Assembly: GCF_003334255.1 (NCBI RefSeq)
Contig: NZ_QOWU01000026.1
Strand: one strand, 5' to 3'
DNA length: 63,217 bases
Origin: Escherichia coli
Lineage (GTDB): Bacteria > Pseudomonadota > Gammaproteobacteria > Enterobacterales > Enterobacteriaceae
This document shows, piece after piece, positions 1-13,983 of the stretch. Both the position numbers and the translations under genes were made by a program. The stretch's first letter is position 1, and the number at the start of each line of letters is the position of its first letter. The notes under the pieces are model-generated. The model worked only from the letters and a program-made list of their open reading frames with translations. It was not told the origin of the DNA and ran no database searches.

Positions 1-107
1 ACGCGAGGCATCGTCTTAACGAGGCACCGAGGCGTCGCATTCTTCAGATGGTTCAACCCTTAAGTTAGCGCTTATGGGAATTATCCCCGGCTTTTTTATG
101 TATGGTC

Positions 108-1310
108 TTACAGCACCAGTGCTGCGATTGACGCAGACAGCACACTCACCAGGGTAGAGCCGTAAACCAGCTTCAGACCGAAGCGAGAAACCACGTTACC
201 TTGCTCTTCATTCAGGCCTTTAACTGCACCTGCGATAATCCCGATTGAAGAGAAGTTAGCGAAGGAAACCAGGAACACAGAGATGATGCCTTCAGCACGC
301 GGAGAGAGCGTGGAAGCAATTTTCTGCAGATCCATCATCGCAACGAACTCGTTGGAAACCAGTTTGGTCGCCATGATACTGCCCACTTGCAGTGCTTCAC
401 TGGAAGGAACACCCATCACCCATGCAATCGGATAGAAGATGTAGCCCAGGATGCCCTGGAAGGAGATGCTGTAGCCAAACCAGCCAGTAACGGTGGCAAA
501 CAGTGCGTTCAGCGCGGCGATCAGGGCGATAAAGCCAATCAGCATCGCGGCAACGATAATGGCAACTTTGAAACCTGCCAGAATGTATTCACCCAGCATT
601 TCGAAGAAGCTCTGACCTTCGTGCAGGTTGGACATCTGGATGTTTTCTTCACTGGCATCAACACGGTAAGGATTGATCAGCGACAGCACGATAAAGGTGC
701 TGAACATGTTCAGTACCAGCGCAGCAACGACGTATTTCGGTTCCAGCATGGTCATGTATGCACCAACGATGGACATCGACACGGTGGACATTGCCGTGGC
801 AGCCATGGTGTACATACGATTACGGGAGATTTTGCCGAGGATATCTTTATAGGCAATAAAGTTTTCAGACTGACCCAGAATCAGGGAGCTGACGGCGTTA
901 AAGGATTCCAGTTTGCCCATGCCGTTGACTTTGGAGAGCAGGAAACCAATTGCGCGGATGATCACCGGCAACACGCGAATGTGCTGGAGAATACCGATCA
1001 GTGCAGAGATAAAGACGATTGGGCACAGCACTTTCAGGAAGAAGAATGCCAGGCCTTGATCATTCATGCTACCAAAGACGAAGTTAGTCCCTTCGTTGGC
1101 AAATCCGAGCAGTTTTTCGAACATTTCGGAGAAGCCTTTCACGAAGCCTAAACCAACGTCGGAGTTCAGGAAGAACCACGCCAGTAACACTTCGATAACA
1201 AGCAGTTGAATAACATAACGGATACGAATTTTTTTGCGGTCGCTACTTACCAGCAGTGCGAGAATCGCAACAACGGCAAGTGCCAGTACAAAATGAAGGA
1301 CGCGGTCCAT
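108..1310 (-). CDS. nupC: Nucleoside:H+ symporter NupC
   Basis: ORF 108..1349; translation [14 protein letters not shown]... multi-TM, ~400 aa from the MDRV Met; recognisable NupC. Confidence 0.9.
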
Positions 1311-1636
1311 ATTTGCTCCAAATATGAGGCAGGTTAAATTTCCGTGCACATTCTATGTAACATGGTTAAGGAAAACGAGATCTGACACACACTATAATGA
1401 CGTCCTGTGACAGGCTTCAAAAATAGTGATCTGTCATACATTTCTGCTATGTTGTGTATGGAAGCTGAAAGTTATGTAAATGTGCTAACATTAAACATAA
1501 CCATAACATTCAAGTCATCAATCTTTTCGTAGTCATAATCCTGGTCTATCAGAGAAATCACCACAATCCATTTAAATGAATTTGATAATCATTCTCGTTT
1601 GGCATAGCATGAAACATAGCAAAGGCTATGTTTTAG

Positions 1637-2884
<1,248 letters not shown>

Positions 2885-2889
2885 TTGAA

Positions 2890-3000
<111 letters not shown>

Positions 3001-3024
3001 ATTGTGCTCCATTGGCGGACGCGT

Positions 3025-3351
3025 TTAATGGCGGTGCCCATGACCCCGGCCTTTTCCGCGATGATCGTCACGATCGCGCCAGCCTTCACGATAGCCACGC
3101 TCATACGCTTTACGCTTATCCCAGCCACGGTGGTAGCCATTATCATGACGCCACCAACGGTTTTTGCGCCACTCATAATTGCGATGCCAGTAGTCACGGT
3201 CGCGCCAGTGACCACCGTCCCAGTAATTACCGTAATGATCGCGATCGCCAATTTGTAATTTGATTGATGGCAGTAGGGTGATTTCACCTGCGTTTGCTGC
3301 AAGCGGGGTAAATGCCATCAGGGCGGCCGCCAGAAACAGTGACCTGAACAT
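3025..3351 (-). CDS. ypeC: DUF2502 secreted protein YpeC
   Basis: 108 aa ORF with signal peptide [21 protein letters not shown] and His/Arg/Trp-rich tail. Confidence 0.8.
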
Positions 3352-3465
3352 TGTTATTCTCCTTCACGCTCGAAGCCGTCAGCGGCCTGTTAACGCAATA
3401 TTACGGGGAGGTAAAGCCCCGTATCATCGCCATAACTCTTAAATCATAAAGGAGAGCATTTTTTG

Positions 3466-4722
3466 CTAAACGTTATCGTGGGGTGGCTGTTGCTTCGGAC
3501 GATTGACCATCATCATCGGCTTACCTGCTAATAACAGCCATGCCGGAAGCATGACGATACAGAGCAGCGGTAGCAATGTGGTATTGGGTACAACGACTGC
3601 CGCCATAAAAAGACTTAACCAGCCATCGCGTGTTACCACCAGCACGATGCCGAGAATAGCGCAAGAAACGGTTATTGCCGCTGGTACGGCGGGAACGTGC
3701 TCATGCAGCATCAACCCTAATGCCACGCCGACAAACACTGCCGGGAAGATTCGCCCACCGCGAAAGCCACTGGCGGCAGCAACGACCAGGGCGGCAAGTT
3801 TAATTACCGCCAGCAAAAAGTAATCGCTGGTGCTGAAAGCCTGATTTGCCACCATCTGCTGCATCTCATCCAGCCCTTTAAACAGCGAAACTGGTCCACC
3901 AATAACCCCCAGAATACCGAGAATAAATCCGCCAATACCCAGCACGAGCACCGGATTTTTCATTTGATGCATCATCGCGTGCAACCGTGGTAAGCACCAT
4001 ACGGCGACCATCCCTGCTGCGATGGCAATCGCCGCGACAATTGCACCGCTGAGAATATCGGTCATTTCCATCTGTCCGTAATGAGCAATGGGCAGTGAAA
4101 AATGAGGATGGAAAAATAATCCGGTAGTAAGTGCACCAGCTGCTGCCGCCATTAACGGCGCAAAGAGACGATCCCATAGCGGAACTTCACTACTGCCATT
4201 TAAGGTTTGCGAAAATATCAACGCCGCCGCAACAGGAGTGCCAAACAGTGCGCCGATGGTTCCGGCAGAGGCTAAAATAGTCCACTCCATTCGGTTGACG
4301 CGCGGTAACAGACGAGCGCCAATGGCAACCGCAAGGGCGATATTGACGGTCATGATCGGATGTTCCGGCCCCAGGCTGACGCCGCCAGCAAGACCGAGAA
4401 TTAATGCTACGATAAGTCCAGGTAGCGCAGAGGGCGGAACCGGTGCGCCGATCAGCGGTTCACAGGCGGGGTCTGGTCCGGCATGACCCTGGCTGAAACG
4501 GATAACCAACCCCACCGCAATACCCGTTAGCGTTAATACACCGATGATCCAGAGGGGTGAATCCTGGGCTATCCCCAGAGTTCCCGGCAGTCGTTGCCAG
4601 AGCAAATTCTGTAATACCGAGGCGATTTTCATCACCACAATCAGAATAAGACTGGACGCAATCCCAATTGCCACGGCGGGGAGCGATAATAACAACATGG
4701 TTCTGGCTCGCGGATGGAGCAT
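3466..4722 (-). CDS. yfeO: ClC-like ion channel/transporter family membrane protein YfeO
   Basis: 418 aa polytopic ORF; position and sequence match K-12 yfeO between ypeC and glk. Confidence 0.85.
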
Positions 4723-4925
4723 GTTCTATTCCTTATGCGGGGTCAGATACTTAGTTTGCCCAGCTTGCAAAAAGGCATCGCTGCAATTGGTGCTGAAACG
4801 ATAAAGTAATTGTGTGACCCAGATCGATATTTACAGGGAGCCTGCCTTTCCGGCGTTGTTGTTATGCCCCCAGGTATTTACAGTGTGAGAAAGAATTATT
4901 TTGACTTTAGCGGAGCAGTTGAAGA

Positions 4926-5891
4926 ATGACAAAGTATGCATTAGTCGGTGATGTGGGCGGCACCAACGCACGTCTTGCTCTGTGTGATATTGCCAGTGGT
5001 GAAATCTCGCAGGCTAAGACCTATTCAGGGCTTGATTACCCCAGCCTCGAAGCGGTCATTCGCGTTTATCTTGAAGAACATAAGGTCGAGGTGAAAGACG
5101 GCTGTATTGCCATCGCTTGCCCAATTACCGGTGACTGGGTGGCGATGACCAACCATACCTGGGCGTTCTCAATTGCCGAAATGAAAAAGAATCTCGGTTT
5201 TAGCCATCTGGAAATTATTAACGATTTTACCGCTGTATCGATGGCGATCCCGATGCTGAAAAAAGAGCATCTGATTCAGTTTGGTGGCGCAGAACCGGTC
5301 GAAGGTAAGCCTATTGCGGTTTACGGTGCCGGAACGGGGCTTGGGGTTGCGCATCTGGTCCATGTCGATAAGCGTTGGGTAAGCTTGCCAGGCGAAGGCG
5401 GTCACGTTGATTTTGCGCCGAATAGTGAAGAAGAGGCCATTATCCTCGAAATATTGCGTGCGGAAATTGGTCATGTTTCGGCGGAGCGCGTGCTTTCTGG
5501 CCCTGGGCTGGTGAATTTGTATCGCGCAATTGTGAAAGCTGACAACCGCCTGCCAGAAAATCTCAAGCCAAAAGATATTACCGAACGCGCGCTGGCTGAC
5601 AGCTGCACCGATTGCCGCCGCGCATTGTCGCTGTTTTGCGTCATTATGGGCCGTTTTGGCGGCAATCTGGCGCTCAATCTCGGGACATTTGGCGGCGTGT
5701 TTATTGCGGGCGGTATCGTGCCGCGCTTCCTTGAGTTCTTCAAAGCCTCCGGTTTCCGTGCCGCATTTGAAGATAAAGGGCGCTTTAAAGAATATGTCCA
5801 TGATATTCCGGTGTATCTCATCGTCCATGACAATCCGGGCCTTCTCGGTTCCGGTGCACATTTACGCCAGACCTTAGGTCACATTCTGTAA
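4926..5891 (+). CDS. glk: Glucokinase
   Basis: 321 aa, [21 protein letters not shown]... ROK/glucokinase ATP-binding N-terminus. Confidence 0.93.
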   Translation: MTKYALVGDVGGTNARLALCDIASGEISQAKTYSGLDYPSLEAVIRVYLEEHKVEVKDGCIAIACPITGDWVAMTNHTWAFSIAEMKKNLGFSHLEIINDFTAVSMAIPMLKKEHLIQFGGAEPVEGKPIAVYGAGTGLGVAHLVHVDKRWVSLPGEGGHVDFAPNSEEEAIILEILRAEIGHVSAERVLSGPGLVNLYRAIVKADNRLPENLKPKDITERALADSCTDCRRALSLFCVIMGRFGGNLALNLGTFGGVFIAGGIVPRFLEFFKASGFRAAFEDKGRFKEYVHDIPVYLIVHDNPGLLGSGAHLRQTLGHIL

Positions 5892-6109
5892 ATCCTTCCT
5901 TTTATATCGGGAGGTAACTCTCCCGATAATCTTTTAAATCATACAGTTTATTCAATTTTTCTTTGTGTCCCCTCACAAGGTCGACCTGCGTCACACTTCC
6001 GTACAGCGGGATTAATTCTCCAGTAAATGCATTATTTGTCTGGTAACGGCGATTTGTTTTGCACGTTCATAATTTCACTCGTCAACTATCACTGAACGAG
6101 GAATTAACG

Positions 6110-6436
6110 ATGAGTAAGAAACTGATTGCCTTATGTGCCTGCCCGATGGGCCTGGCTCACACCTTTATGGCCGCTCAGGCGCTGGAAGAAGCGGCGGTAG
6201 AAGCCGGTTATGAAGTGAAAATTGAAACCCAGGGCGCGGACGGTATCCAGAATCGCCTGACGGCGCAGGATATCGCCGAAGCGACCATCATCATCCACTC
6301 CGTGGCAGTTACCCCGGAAGATAACGAACGTTTCGAATCACGCGACGTTTATGAAATCACTTTGCAGGACGCAATTAAAAACGCTGCGGGCATCATCAAA
6401 GAAATCGAAGAGATGATTGCCTCTGAACAACAGTAA
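6110..6436 (+). CDS. fryB: PTS fructose-like IIB component
   Basis: ORF 6059..6436; start taken at MSKKLIALCACPMGLAHTFMAA (108 aa, IIB Cys motif). Confidence 0.85.
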   Translation: MSKKLIALCACPMGLAHTFMAAQALEEAAVEAGYEVKIETQGADGIQNRLTAQDIAEATIIIHSVAVTPEDNERFESRDVYEITLQDAIKNAAGIIKEIEEMIASEQQ

Positions 6437-6457
6437 TATTCGACAGGGATAATTGTT

Positions 6458-7705
6458 ATGGCCATTAAAAAACGCAGTGCAACCGTTGTGCCTGGCGCAT
6501 CCGGTGCGGCAGCGGCAGTTAAGAATCCGCAGGCCTCTAAAACCAGCTTCTGGGGTGAACTCCCGCAGCATGTGATGTCAGGGATTTCACGCATGGTGCC
6601 GACCTTAATTATGGGCGGTGTGATCCTCGCTTTCAGCCAGCTGATTGCTTATAGCTGGCTTAAAATTCCTGCTGAGATCGGCATCATGGATGCTCTTAAT
6701 AGCGGGAAATTCTCCGGTTTCGACCTCTCCTTACTTAAATTTGCCTGGCTGTCGCAGTCCTTCGGCGGCGTGTTGTTTGGTTTTGCCATTCCGATGTTTG
6801 CTGCTTTTGTGGCGAACTCTATCGGTGGCAAACTGGCGTTCCCGGCTGGTTTTATCGGCGGGTTGATGTCTACCCAGCCGACGCAACTGCTGAACTTCGA
6901 TCCCAGCACTATGCAATGGGCGACCTCTTCGCCGGTGCCGTCCACCTTCATTGGTGCGCTGATTATTTCTATCGTTGCCGGTTACCTTGTGAAGTGGATG
7001 AACCAGAAAATCCAGTTACCGGATTTCCTGTTAGCGTTCAAAACCACATTTTTGCTCCCGATTCTTTCCGCCATTTTTGTCATGCTGGCGATGTACTACG
7101 TCATCACCCCCTTTGGTGGCTGGATCAACGGCGGTATCCGTACTGTGCTGACTGCCGCAGGTGAGAAGGGCGCGCTGATGTACGCAATGGGGATCGCCGC
7201 GGCGACAGCAATCGACCTTGGTGGCCCGATCAACAAAGCCGCAGGTTTTGTTGCCTTCAGCTTTACCACTGACCACGTATTACCGGTCACCGCTCGTTCT
7301 ATCGCTATCGTTATTCCGCCGATTGGTCTGGGGCTGGCGACCATTATCGACCGTCGTTTAACCGGCAAACGCCTGTTCAACGCTCAACTTTATCCGCAGG
7401 GTAAGACCGCCATGTTCCTGGCGTTTATGGGGATCAGTGAGGGTGCGATTCCGTTTGCGCTGGAAAGCCCCATCACCGCCATTCCGTCGTATATGGTCGG
7501 CGCTATTGTCGGCTCAACCGCCGCTGTCTGGCTGGGCGCAGTGCAATGGTTCCCGGAGTCCGCTATCTGGGCATGGCCGCTGGTCACTAACCTGGGCGTC
7601 TATATGGCGGGGATCGCGCTGGGGGCAGTCATAACTGCGCTGATGGTGGTGTTCCTGCGTCTGATGATGTTCCGTAAAGGCAAATTGTTAATCGATAGCC
7701 TGTAA
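6458..7705 (+). CDS. fryC: PTS fructose-like IIC permease
   Basis: 415 aa polytopic ORF immediately downstream of fryB. Confidence 0.85.
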   Translation: MAIKKRSATVVPGASGAAAAVKNPQASKTSFWGELPQHVMSGISRMVPTLIMGGVILAFSQLIAYSWLKIPAEIGIMDALNSGKFSGFDLSLLKFAWLSQSFGGVLFGFAIPMFAAFVANSIGGKLAFPAGFIGGLMSTQPTQLLNFDPSTMQWATSSPVPSTFIGALIISIVAGYLVKWMNQKIQLPDFLLAFKTTFLLPILSAIFVMLAMYYVITPFGGWINGGIRTVLTAAGEKGALMYAMGIAAATAIDLGGPINKAAGFVAFSFTTDHVLPVTARSIAIVIPPIGLGLATIIDRRLTGKRLFNAQLYPQGKTAMFLAFMGISEGAIPFALESPITAIPSYMVGAIVGSTAAVWLGAVQWFPESAIWAWPLVTNLGVYMAGIALGAVITALMVVFLRLMMFRKGKLLIDSL

Positions 7706-7719
7706 GAAGGAAAATCCAG

Positions 7720-8805
7720 ATGACATTACTCGCTTCGCTGCGCGACTGGCTTAAGGCGCAACAACTGGATGCAGTGCTTCTCTCCTCACGGCAGAACAAA
7801 CAGCCGCATCTGGGGATCTCCACCGGATCAGGTTATGTGGTGATTAGCCGTGAAAGTGCGCACATTCTGGTGGATTCGCGCTATTACGTTGAGGTGGAAG
7901 CCCGTGCGCAAGGCTACCAGCTGCATTTGCTTGACGCGACGAACACGCTTACCACTATCGTCAATCAAATCATTGCCGATGAACAGTTGCAAACGCTCGG
8001 TTTTGAGGGCCAGCAGGTGAGTTGGGAAACCGCGCACCGCTGGCAGTCTGAACTCAATGCGAAACTGGTTAGCGCCACGCCGGATGTGCTGCGGCAAATC
8101 AAAACGCCAGAGGAGGTGGAGAAAATCCGCCTCGCCTGTGGGATTGCTGATCGCGGTGCAGAGCATATTCGCCGCTTTATTCAGGCGGGGATGAGCGAGC
8201 GCGAGATAGCCGCTGAACTGGAGTGGTTTATGCGCCAGCAGGGCGCAGAAAAAGCCTCTTTTGACACCATTGTCGCCAGTGGCTGGCGTGGGGCGCTGCC
8301 GCACGGCAAAGCCAGCGACAAGATTGTTGCAGCGGGCGAGTTTGTCACTCTCGATTTCGGTGCGCTGTATCAGGGCTACTGCTCTGATATGACGCGCACC
8401 TTGCTGGTGAATGGCGAAGGGGTGAGCGCCGAATCTCACCCGCTGTTTAACGTCTATCAAATTGTCCTGCAGGCACAGCTCGCAGCAATCTCCGCGATTC
8501 GCCCCGGCGTGCGCTGCCAGCAGGTTGACGATGCCGCGCGCCGGGTCATTACAGAAGCAGGTTATGGCGACTATTTCGGTCATAACACCGGTCACGCTAT
8601 CGGCATTGAAGTTCATGAAGATCCGCGTTTTTCACCGCGGGACACCACGACGCTACAGCCAGGCATGTTACTGACCGTGGAGCCGGGGATTTATTTGCCA
8701 GGGCAAGGGGGCGTGCGCATCGAAGATGTTGTGCTGGTTACCCCGCAAGGCGCAGAAGTGCTCTACGCCATGCCGAAAACAGTGTTGCTCACGGGAGAGG
8801 CATAA
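7720..8805 (+). CDS. ypdF: Xaa-Pro aminopeptidase (M24 family)
   Basis: 361 aa ORF with M24 metal-binding region (..[14 protein letters not shown]..). Confidence 0.85.
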   Translation: MTLLASLRDWLKAQQLDAVLLSSRQNKQPHLGISTGSGYVVISRESAHILVDSRYYVEVEARAQGYQLHLLDATNTLTTIVNQIIADEQLQTLGFEGQQVSWETAHRWQSELNAKLVSATPDVLRQIKTPEEVEKIRLACGIADRGAEHIRRFIQAGMSEREIAAELEWFMRQQGAEKASFDTIVASGWRGALPHGKASDKIVAAGEFVTLDFGALYQGYCSDMTRTLLVNGEGVSAESHPLFNVYQIVLQAQLAAISAIRPGVRCQQVDDAARRVITEAGYGDYFGHNTGHAIGIEVHEDPRFSPRDTTTLQPGMLLTVEPGIYLPGQGGVRIEDVVLVTPQGAEVLYAMPKTVLLTGEA

Positions 8806-9842
8806 TGGATTTATCGCTATTAAAAGCGTTGAGCGAGGCAGATGCGATCGCCTCCTCGGAACAGGAAGTGCGGCAGATCCTGCTGGAAGAAGCGGATCGC
8901 CTGCAAAAAGAAGTGCGATTTGATGGTCTGGGATCGGTGCTGATCCGCCTGAATGAATCGACAGGTCCGAAGGTGATGATCTGTGCGCATATGGACGAAG
9001 TGGGATTTATGGTGCGCAGCATCTCCCGCGAAGGGGCGATTGATGTGCTGCCGGTTGGCAACGTACGCATGGCTGCCCGCCAGCTGCAGCCGGTGCGCAT
9101 CACCACCCGTGAAGAGTGCAAAATTCCAGGCCTGCTTGACGGCGACCGGCAGGGGAATGACGTCAGCGCCATGCGCGTGGACATTGGTGCGCGCTCCTAT
9201 GACGAAGTGATGCAGGCGGGAATTCGTCCCGGCGATCGCGTCACGTTTGATACCACTTTTCAGGTTCTCCCTCACCAGCGAGTGATGGGGAAAGCCTTTG
9301 ATGACCGCCTCGGTTGCTATCTGCTGGTGACGTTACTGCGCGAACTGCACGACGCCGAACTACCTGCGGAAGTGTGGCTGGTGGCAAGTTCCAGCGAAGA
9401 GGTGGGATTACGCGGCGGGCAAACTGCCACCCGCGCGGTGTCGCCGGACGTCGCCATTGTGCTTGATACCGCCTGCTGGGCGAAAAACTTTGATTATGGC
9501 GCGGCTAACCATCGCCAGATTGGTAACGGGCCGATGCTGGTGTTAAGCGACAAGTCGCTGATTGCGCCGCCAAAACTTACCGCCTGGGTCGAAACCGTGG
9601 CGGCAGAAATTGGCGTGCCGTTGCAGGCAGATATGTTCAGCAACGGCGGCACGGACGGCGGGGCGGTGCACTTAACCGGCACCGGCGTGCCCACAGTGGT
9701 GATGGGGCCAGCAACCCGCCATGGACATTGCGCCGCATCGATTGCCGATTGCCGCGACATTTTGCAGATGCAGCAACTTTTATCTGCCCTTATTCAACGT
9801 CTTACGCGTGAGACGGTTGTTCAACTGACGGATTTCAGATGA
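8805..9842 (+). CDS. ypdE: M42-family aminopeptidase
   Basis: 345 aa ORF, start overlaps ypdF stop; M42 peptidase-like. Confidence 0.85.
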   Translation: MDLSLLKALSEADAIASSEQEVRQILLEEADRLQKEVRFDGLGSVLIRLNESTGPKVMICAHMDEVGFMVRSISREGAIDVLPVGNVRMAARQLQPVRITTREECKIPGLLDGDRQGNDVSAMRVDIGARSYDEVMQAGIRPGDRVTFDTTFQVLPHQRVMGKAFDDRLGCYLLVTLLRELHDAELPAEVWLVASSSEEVGLRGGQTATRAVSPDVAIVLDTACWAKNFDYGAANHRQIGNGPMLVLSDKSLIAPPKLTAWVETVAAEIGVPLQADMFSNGGTDGGAVHLTGTGVPTVVMGPATRHGHCAASIADCRDILQMQQLLSALIQRLTRETVVQLTDFR

Positions 9843-9866
9843 TCTCCTGATTAACCCGGAGCGGTT

Positions 9867-12362
9867 ATGTTAACGATTCAATTTCTCTGTCCTTTGCCTA
9901 ACGGTCTACATGCTCGTCCGGCGTGGGAACTTAAAGAACAGTGCAGCCAGTGGCAAAGCGAAATCACTTTTATTAACCATCGCCAGAACGCAAAGGCAGA
10001 TGCGAAAAGCTCGCTGGCGCTGATTGGCACCGGCACCCTATTTAATGACAGTTGCAGCCTGAACATTAGCGGCAGCGATGAAGAGCAGGCGCGGCGCGTG
10101 CTGGAAGAGTACATCCAGGTGCGCTTTATCGACAGCGACAGCGTTCAGCCTACGCAGGCAGAACTGACGGCGCATCCGCTGCCGCGTTCATTAAGCCGCC
10201 TTAACCCGGATTTACTGTACGGCAATGTGCTGGCAAGCGGCGTCGGCGTGGGTACGCTGACCCTGTTACAAAGCGACAGCCTCGACAGTTATCGGGCAAT
10301 CCCCGCCAGTGCGCAAGATTCCACCCGGCTGGAGCACAGCCTGGCAACGCTTGCCGAGCAACTGAACCAGCAATTGCGTGAGCGTGACGGCGAAAGCAAA
10401 ACTATCCTCAGCGCCCATTTGTCGCTGATTCAGGATGATGAATTTGCAGGCAATATCCGTCGCCTGATGACAGAACAGCATCAGGGGCTGGGGGCGGCGA
10501 TCATCAGCAATATGGAGCAGGTTTGCGCCAAACTTTCTGCCTCTGCCAGCGATTATCTGCGCGAACGTGTTAGCGACATTCGCGATATCAGCGAACAGTT
10601 GCTGCATATCACCTGGCCGGAACTGAAGCCGCGCAACAAGCTGGTGCTTGAAAAACCGACCATTCTGGTGGCTGAAGATTTAACCCCAAGCCAGTTTTTG
10701 AGCCTTGATTTGAAAAATCTTGCGGGCATGATTCTGGAGAAAACCGGGCGCACCTCGCATACACTGATTCTGGCCCGTGCCTCGGCGATCCCGGTACTGA
10801 GTGGCTTGCCGCTGGATGCGATTGCCCGTTATGCCGGGCAACCTGCAGTGCTTGACGCCCAGTGCGGCGTGCTGGCGATTAACCCGAATGACGCGGTGAG
10901 CGGTTATTATCAGGTCGCGCAGACGCTGGCGGATAAACGCCAAAAACAACAGGCGCAGGCTGCCGCGCAGCTGGCCTATTCCCGTGATAACAAGCGTATT
11001 GATATTGCGGCGAATATCGGCACCGCTCTGGAAGCGCCAGGCGCGTTTGCCAACGGCGCGGAAGGTGTCGGGCTGTTCCGTACCGAAATGCTCTATATGG
11101 ATCGCGACAGCGCGCCGGACGAGCAGGAGCAATTTGAAGCCTACCAGCAGGTGCTACTGGCGGCGGGCGACAAGCCGATTATCTTCCGCACGATGGACAT
11201 CGGCGGCGATAAAAGCATTCCTTATCTGAATATTCCCCAGGAAGAGAACCCGTTCCTCGGCTATCGCGCGGTACGTATTTACCCGGAATTTGCTGGCCTG
11301 TTCCGCACTCAACTGCGGGCCATTTTGCGCGCCGCCAGTTTCGGCAACGCCCAGTTGATGATCCCGATGGTTCACAGCCTCGATCAGATCTTATGGGTGA
11401 AAGGCGAGATCCAAAAAGCGATCGTTGAGCTTAAGCGCGATGGCCTGCGTCATGCAGAGACGATTACGCTTGGGATCATGGTGGAAGTTCCGTCGGTGTG
11501 CTACATCATCGACCACTTCTGCGATGAGGTCGATTTCTTCAGTATCGGCTCCAACGATATGACCCAGTATCTGTATGCGGTCGATCGTAATAACCCGCGC
11601 GTATCGCCGCTATATAACCCGATTACGCCATCGTTCCTGCGCATGTTGCAGCAAATAGTTACCACTGCGCATCAGCGGGGCAAATGGGTAGGCATTTGCG
11701 GTGAACTGGGCGGTGAAAGCCGTTATCTGCCGCTACTGCTTGGGCTGGGCCTGGATGAGCTGAGTATGAGTAGCCCGCGTATTCCGGCGGTGAAAAGCCA
11801 GCTTCGTCAACTGGATAGCGAGGCGTGTCGGGAACTGGCGCGTCAGGCATGTGAATGCCGCAGTGCGCAGGAAATTGAAGCGTTACTCACCGCCTTTACG
11901 CCGGAAGAAGACGTTCGCCCACTGCTGGCGCTGGAGAATATCTTTGTTGATCAGGATTTTAGCAATAAAGAGCAGGCGATCCAGTTCCTGTGCGGCAACC
12001 TCGGCGTTAACGGGCGCACTGAACATCCGTTTGAGCTGGAAGAAGATGTCTGGCAGCGGGAAGAGATTGTTACCACCGGCGTTGGTTTTGGCGTAGCGAT
12101 CCCGCACACCAAATCTCAGTGGATCCGTCATTCCAGTATCAGCATTGCCCGGCTGGCGAAACCGATTGGCTGGCAGTCAGAAATGGGCGAAGTCGAACTG
12201 GTGATCATGCTGACGCTGGGTGCTAACGAAGGGATGAATCATGTGAAAGTCTTCTCGCAGCTGGCGCGTAAACTGGTGAATAAAAACTTCCGCCAGTCGT
12301 TGTTTGCCGCGCAAGATGCACAAAGTATCCTGACGCTGCTGGAAACAGAATTAACCTTCTGA
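9867..12362 (+). CDS. fryA: PTS multiphosphoryl transfer protein (HPr-EI-IIA fusion)
   Basis: 831 aa ORF; N-terminal HPr-like (..GLHARPA..), central enzyme I PEP-utilising domain, C-terminal IIA. Confidence 0.88.
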   Translation: MLTIQFLCPLPNGLHARPAWELKEQCSQWQSEITFINHRQNAKADAKSSLALIGTGTLFNDSCSLNISGSDEEQARRVLEEYIQVRFIDSDSVQPTQAELTAHPLPRSLSRLNPDLLYGNVLASGVGVGTLTLLQSDSLDSYRAIPASAQDSTRLEHSLATLAEQLNQQLRERDGESKTILSAHLSLIQDDEFAGNIRRLMTEQHQGLGAAIISNMEQVCAKLSASASDYLRERVSDIRDISEQLLHITWPELKPRNKLVLEKPTILVAEDLTPSQFLSLDLKNLAGMILEKTGRTSHTLILARASAIPVLSGLPLDAIARYAGQPAVLDAQCGVLAINPNDAVSGYYQVAQTLADKRQKQQAQAAAQLAYSRDNKRIDIAANIGTALEAPGAFANGAEGVGLFRTEMLYMDRDSAPDEQEQFEAYQQVLLAAGDKPIIFRTMDIGGDKSIPYLNIPQEENPFLGYRAVRIYPEFAGLFRTQLRAILRAASFGNAQLMIPMVHSLDQILWVKGEIQKAIVELKRDGLRHAETITLGIMVEVPSVCYIIDHFCDEVDFFSIGSNDMTQYLYAVDRNNPRVSPLYNPITPSFLRMLQQIVTTAHQRGKWVGICGELGGESRYLPLLLGLGLDELSMSSPRIPAVKSQLRQLDSEACRELARQACECRSAQEIEALLTAFTPEEDVRPLLALENIFVDQDFSNKEQAIQFLCGNLGVNGRTEHPFELEEDVWQREEIVTTGVGFGVAIPHTKSQWIRHSSISIARLAKPIGWQSEMGEVELVIMLTLGANEGMNHVKVFSQLARKLVNKNFRQSLFAAQDAQSILTLLETELTF

Positions 12363-12364
12363 CG

Positions 12365-13222
12365 TTAGCCCTGAAAACGGGCGCTGTACTCTCCCGGCGT
12401 CAGACCAAACTGACGCCGGAAAACGCGACAAAAATAGTCGCTATCCGGAAAACCGCAACGCTGTGCCACTTCATGAATTGACAGATGATATTTCTGCAAA
12501 ATCATCCTCGCCTTCGCCATTCGCACCCAACGCACATACTCGATAAAACGCATCGTTCCATGCTGAGCAAACAGTTTTGACAGATGATTGGGCGTGATAT
12601 TAAAAAACTGCGCCACGCTCTCGCGGGTGAGCGGCTGGGCATAATTATCCTGAACCCAGTTACAAATGCTGTGATAGAGAAAATCGCCGCGCGGCTGCGA
12701 ATTGCCCGGCGGCATATTCACCACGCTACGGCAAAGATGCAGCAAACTTAACACCAGCGGCTGAATGATATTTTGCTCCAGCGGCGAACGGCTAAGATGG
12801 GTGAGGGCGGTAAGCATCGCTTCACCTTCACCGCGTTGCAGGCTGGGAAGCTGGATCTGGCGAGCAGGATGCAACAACGACGTGGTGCGGCTATCGTAAA
12901 ACGATAACCCAAGCCAGGTCGGAGCGAACACCAGGCTTAACAGCATCACCGGTTTGTTGTTGACCGGTAAATTAGCCGCGCGCGCCGGAATAAACAGCAT
13001 TTCTCCTTCCACCAAACGTTGCTGCTTTGCTTCCAGCAGATTGCCGTATTCGCCGCGCAGCACGATATCCAGACGGGGAAAATCAATACATAAACTGCCC
13101 ACCGGCAACGAGGCAGGCTGGCTGGCAAACCAGACGCGCCCCAGTAGTTGCGGGTTAAGCACCAGGCCGCTGAACAGATCGGCGAAAAATTGTTGATCGG
13201 CGGGCAAGCCTGGTGCTTTCAT
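12365..13222 (-). CDS. ypdC: AraC-family transcriptional regulator
   Basis: 285 aa ORF with C-terminal AraC HTH (..RMAKARMILQKYHLSIHEVAQRCGFPDSDYFCRVFRRQFGLTPGEY..). Confidence 0.85.
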   Translation of the reverse strand: MKAPGLPADQQFFADLFSGLVLNPQLLGRVWFASQPASLPVGSLCIDFPRLDIVLRGEYGNLLEAKQQRLVEGEMLFIPARAANLPVNNKPVMLLSLVFAPTWLGLSFYDSRTTSLLHPARQIQLPSLQRGEGEAMLTALTHLSRSPLEQNIIQPLVLSLLHLCRSVVNMPPGNSQPRGDFLYHSICNWVQDNYAQPLTRESVAQFFNITPNHLSKLFAQHGTMRFIEYVRWVRMAKARMILQKYHLSIHEVAQRCGFPDSDYFCRVFRRQFGLTPGEYSARFQG

Positions 13223-13234
13223 GAAAGTTCCCGA

Positions 13235-13969
13235 TTAAAGATGCATTAACTGGCGAAATTCTTTCACTTTGCTGCGGCTGACCGGCACTTCAAAATCCAG
13301 ATCTTTCAGTCGCAGAATGTAGGTGTTATTAAACCACGGTTCGATTTCGCGTATTTTGTTCAGATTGACACAAAATGAGCGATGGCAGCGGAAAAAATGC
13401 GACGGCGGCAGTTTGCTGCAAAATTCGGTAATGTTCATCGGCATTACGTAGGATTCACGCCGCGTATAGACAAAGGTCATTTTCTCGTGCGCTTCGGCGT
13501 AATAGATATCGTTAATTGGCGTGACGATTATTCGCTCATCTTTCACCAGATTAATGGTGTCATTCTCACGCGTTACCGTCGCGGCAGGCGTACTGCTGGT
13601 CTGCTGTTGTTGCCAGGCCGCTTCCAGTTTTTGCAGCATCCCGGTAATACGTGACTCCTGATACGGTTTGAGAATGTAGTCAAACGCCTCCAGTTCAAAC
13701 GCTTCTACCGCATGTTCTTTCCACGCGGTGATGAACACAATAAACGGTTTATGGGCGAACTGGCTGATGTTTTGCGCCAGCAACACGCCATCCAGCGACG
13801 GAATATTGATATCCAGAAAAATGGCGTCGACGCGGTTATGCTGCAAAAACTTCAACACGTCCAGACCGTCGTCAAAGGTGCCGACAATCTCCATCTGGCT
13901 GTGCTCTTTAATTAGCCAGCTCAGTTCCTGTTGTGCCAGGAATTCGTCTTCAACAATGATGACTTTCAC
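13235..13969 (-). CDS. ypdB: LytTR-family response regulator YpdB
   Basis: ORF 13235..13987; receiver domain (..KVIIVEDEFLAQ..) plus LytTR DNA-binding domain; GTG start assumed to give ~244 aa. Confidence 0.85.
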   Translation of the reverse strand: MKVIIVEDEFLAQQELSWLIKEHSQMEIVGTFDDGLDVLKFLQHNRVDAIFLDINIPSLDGVLLAQNISQFAHKPFIVFITAWKEHAVEAFELEAFDYILKPYQESRITGMLQKLEAAWQQQQTSSTPAATVTRENDTINLVKDERIIVTPINDIYYAEAHEKMTFVYTRRESYVMPMNITEFCSKLPPSHFFRCHRSFCVNLNKIREIEPWFNNTYILRLKDLDFEVPVSRSKVKEFRQLMHL

Positions 13970-13983
13970 AATATCACTCCGGC

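Noticed and set aside
387-1151. 254-aa ORF on the + strand inside nupC
   Set aside because: Entirely antisense to a well-supported conserved gene; composition looks like a shadow ORF.
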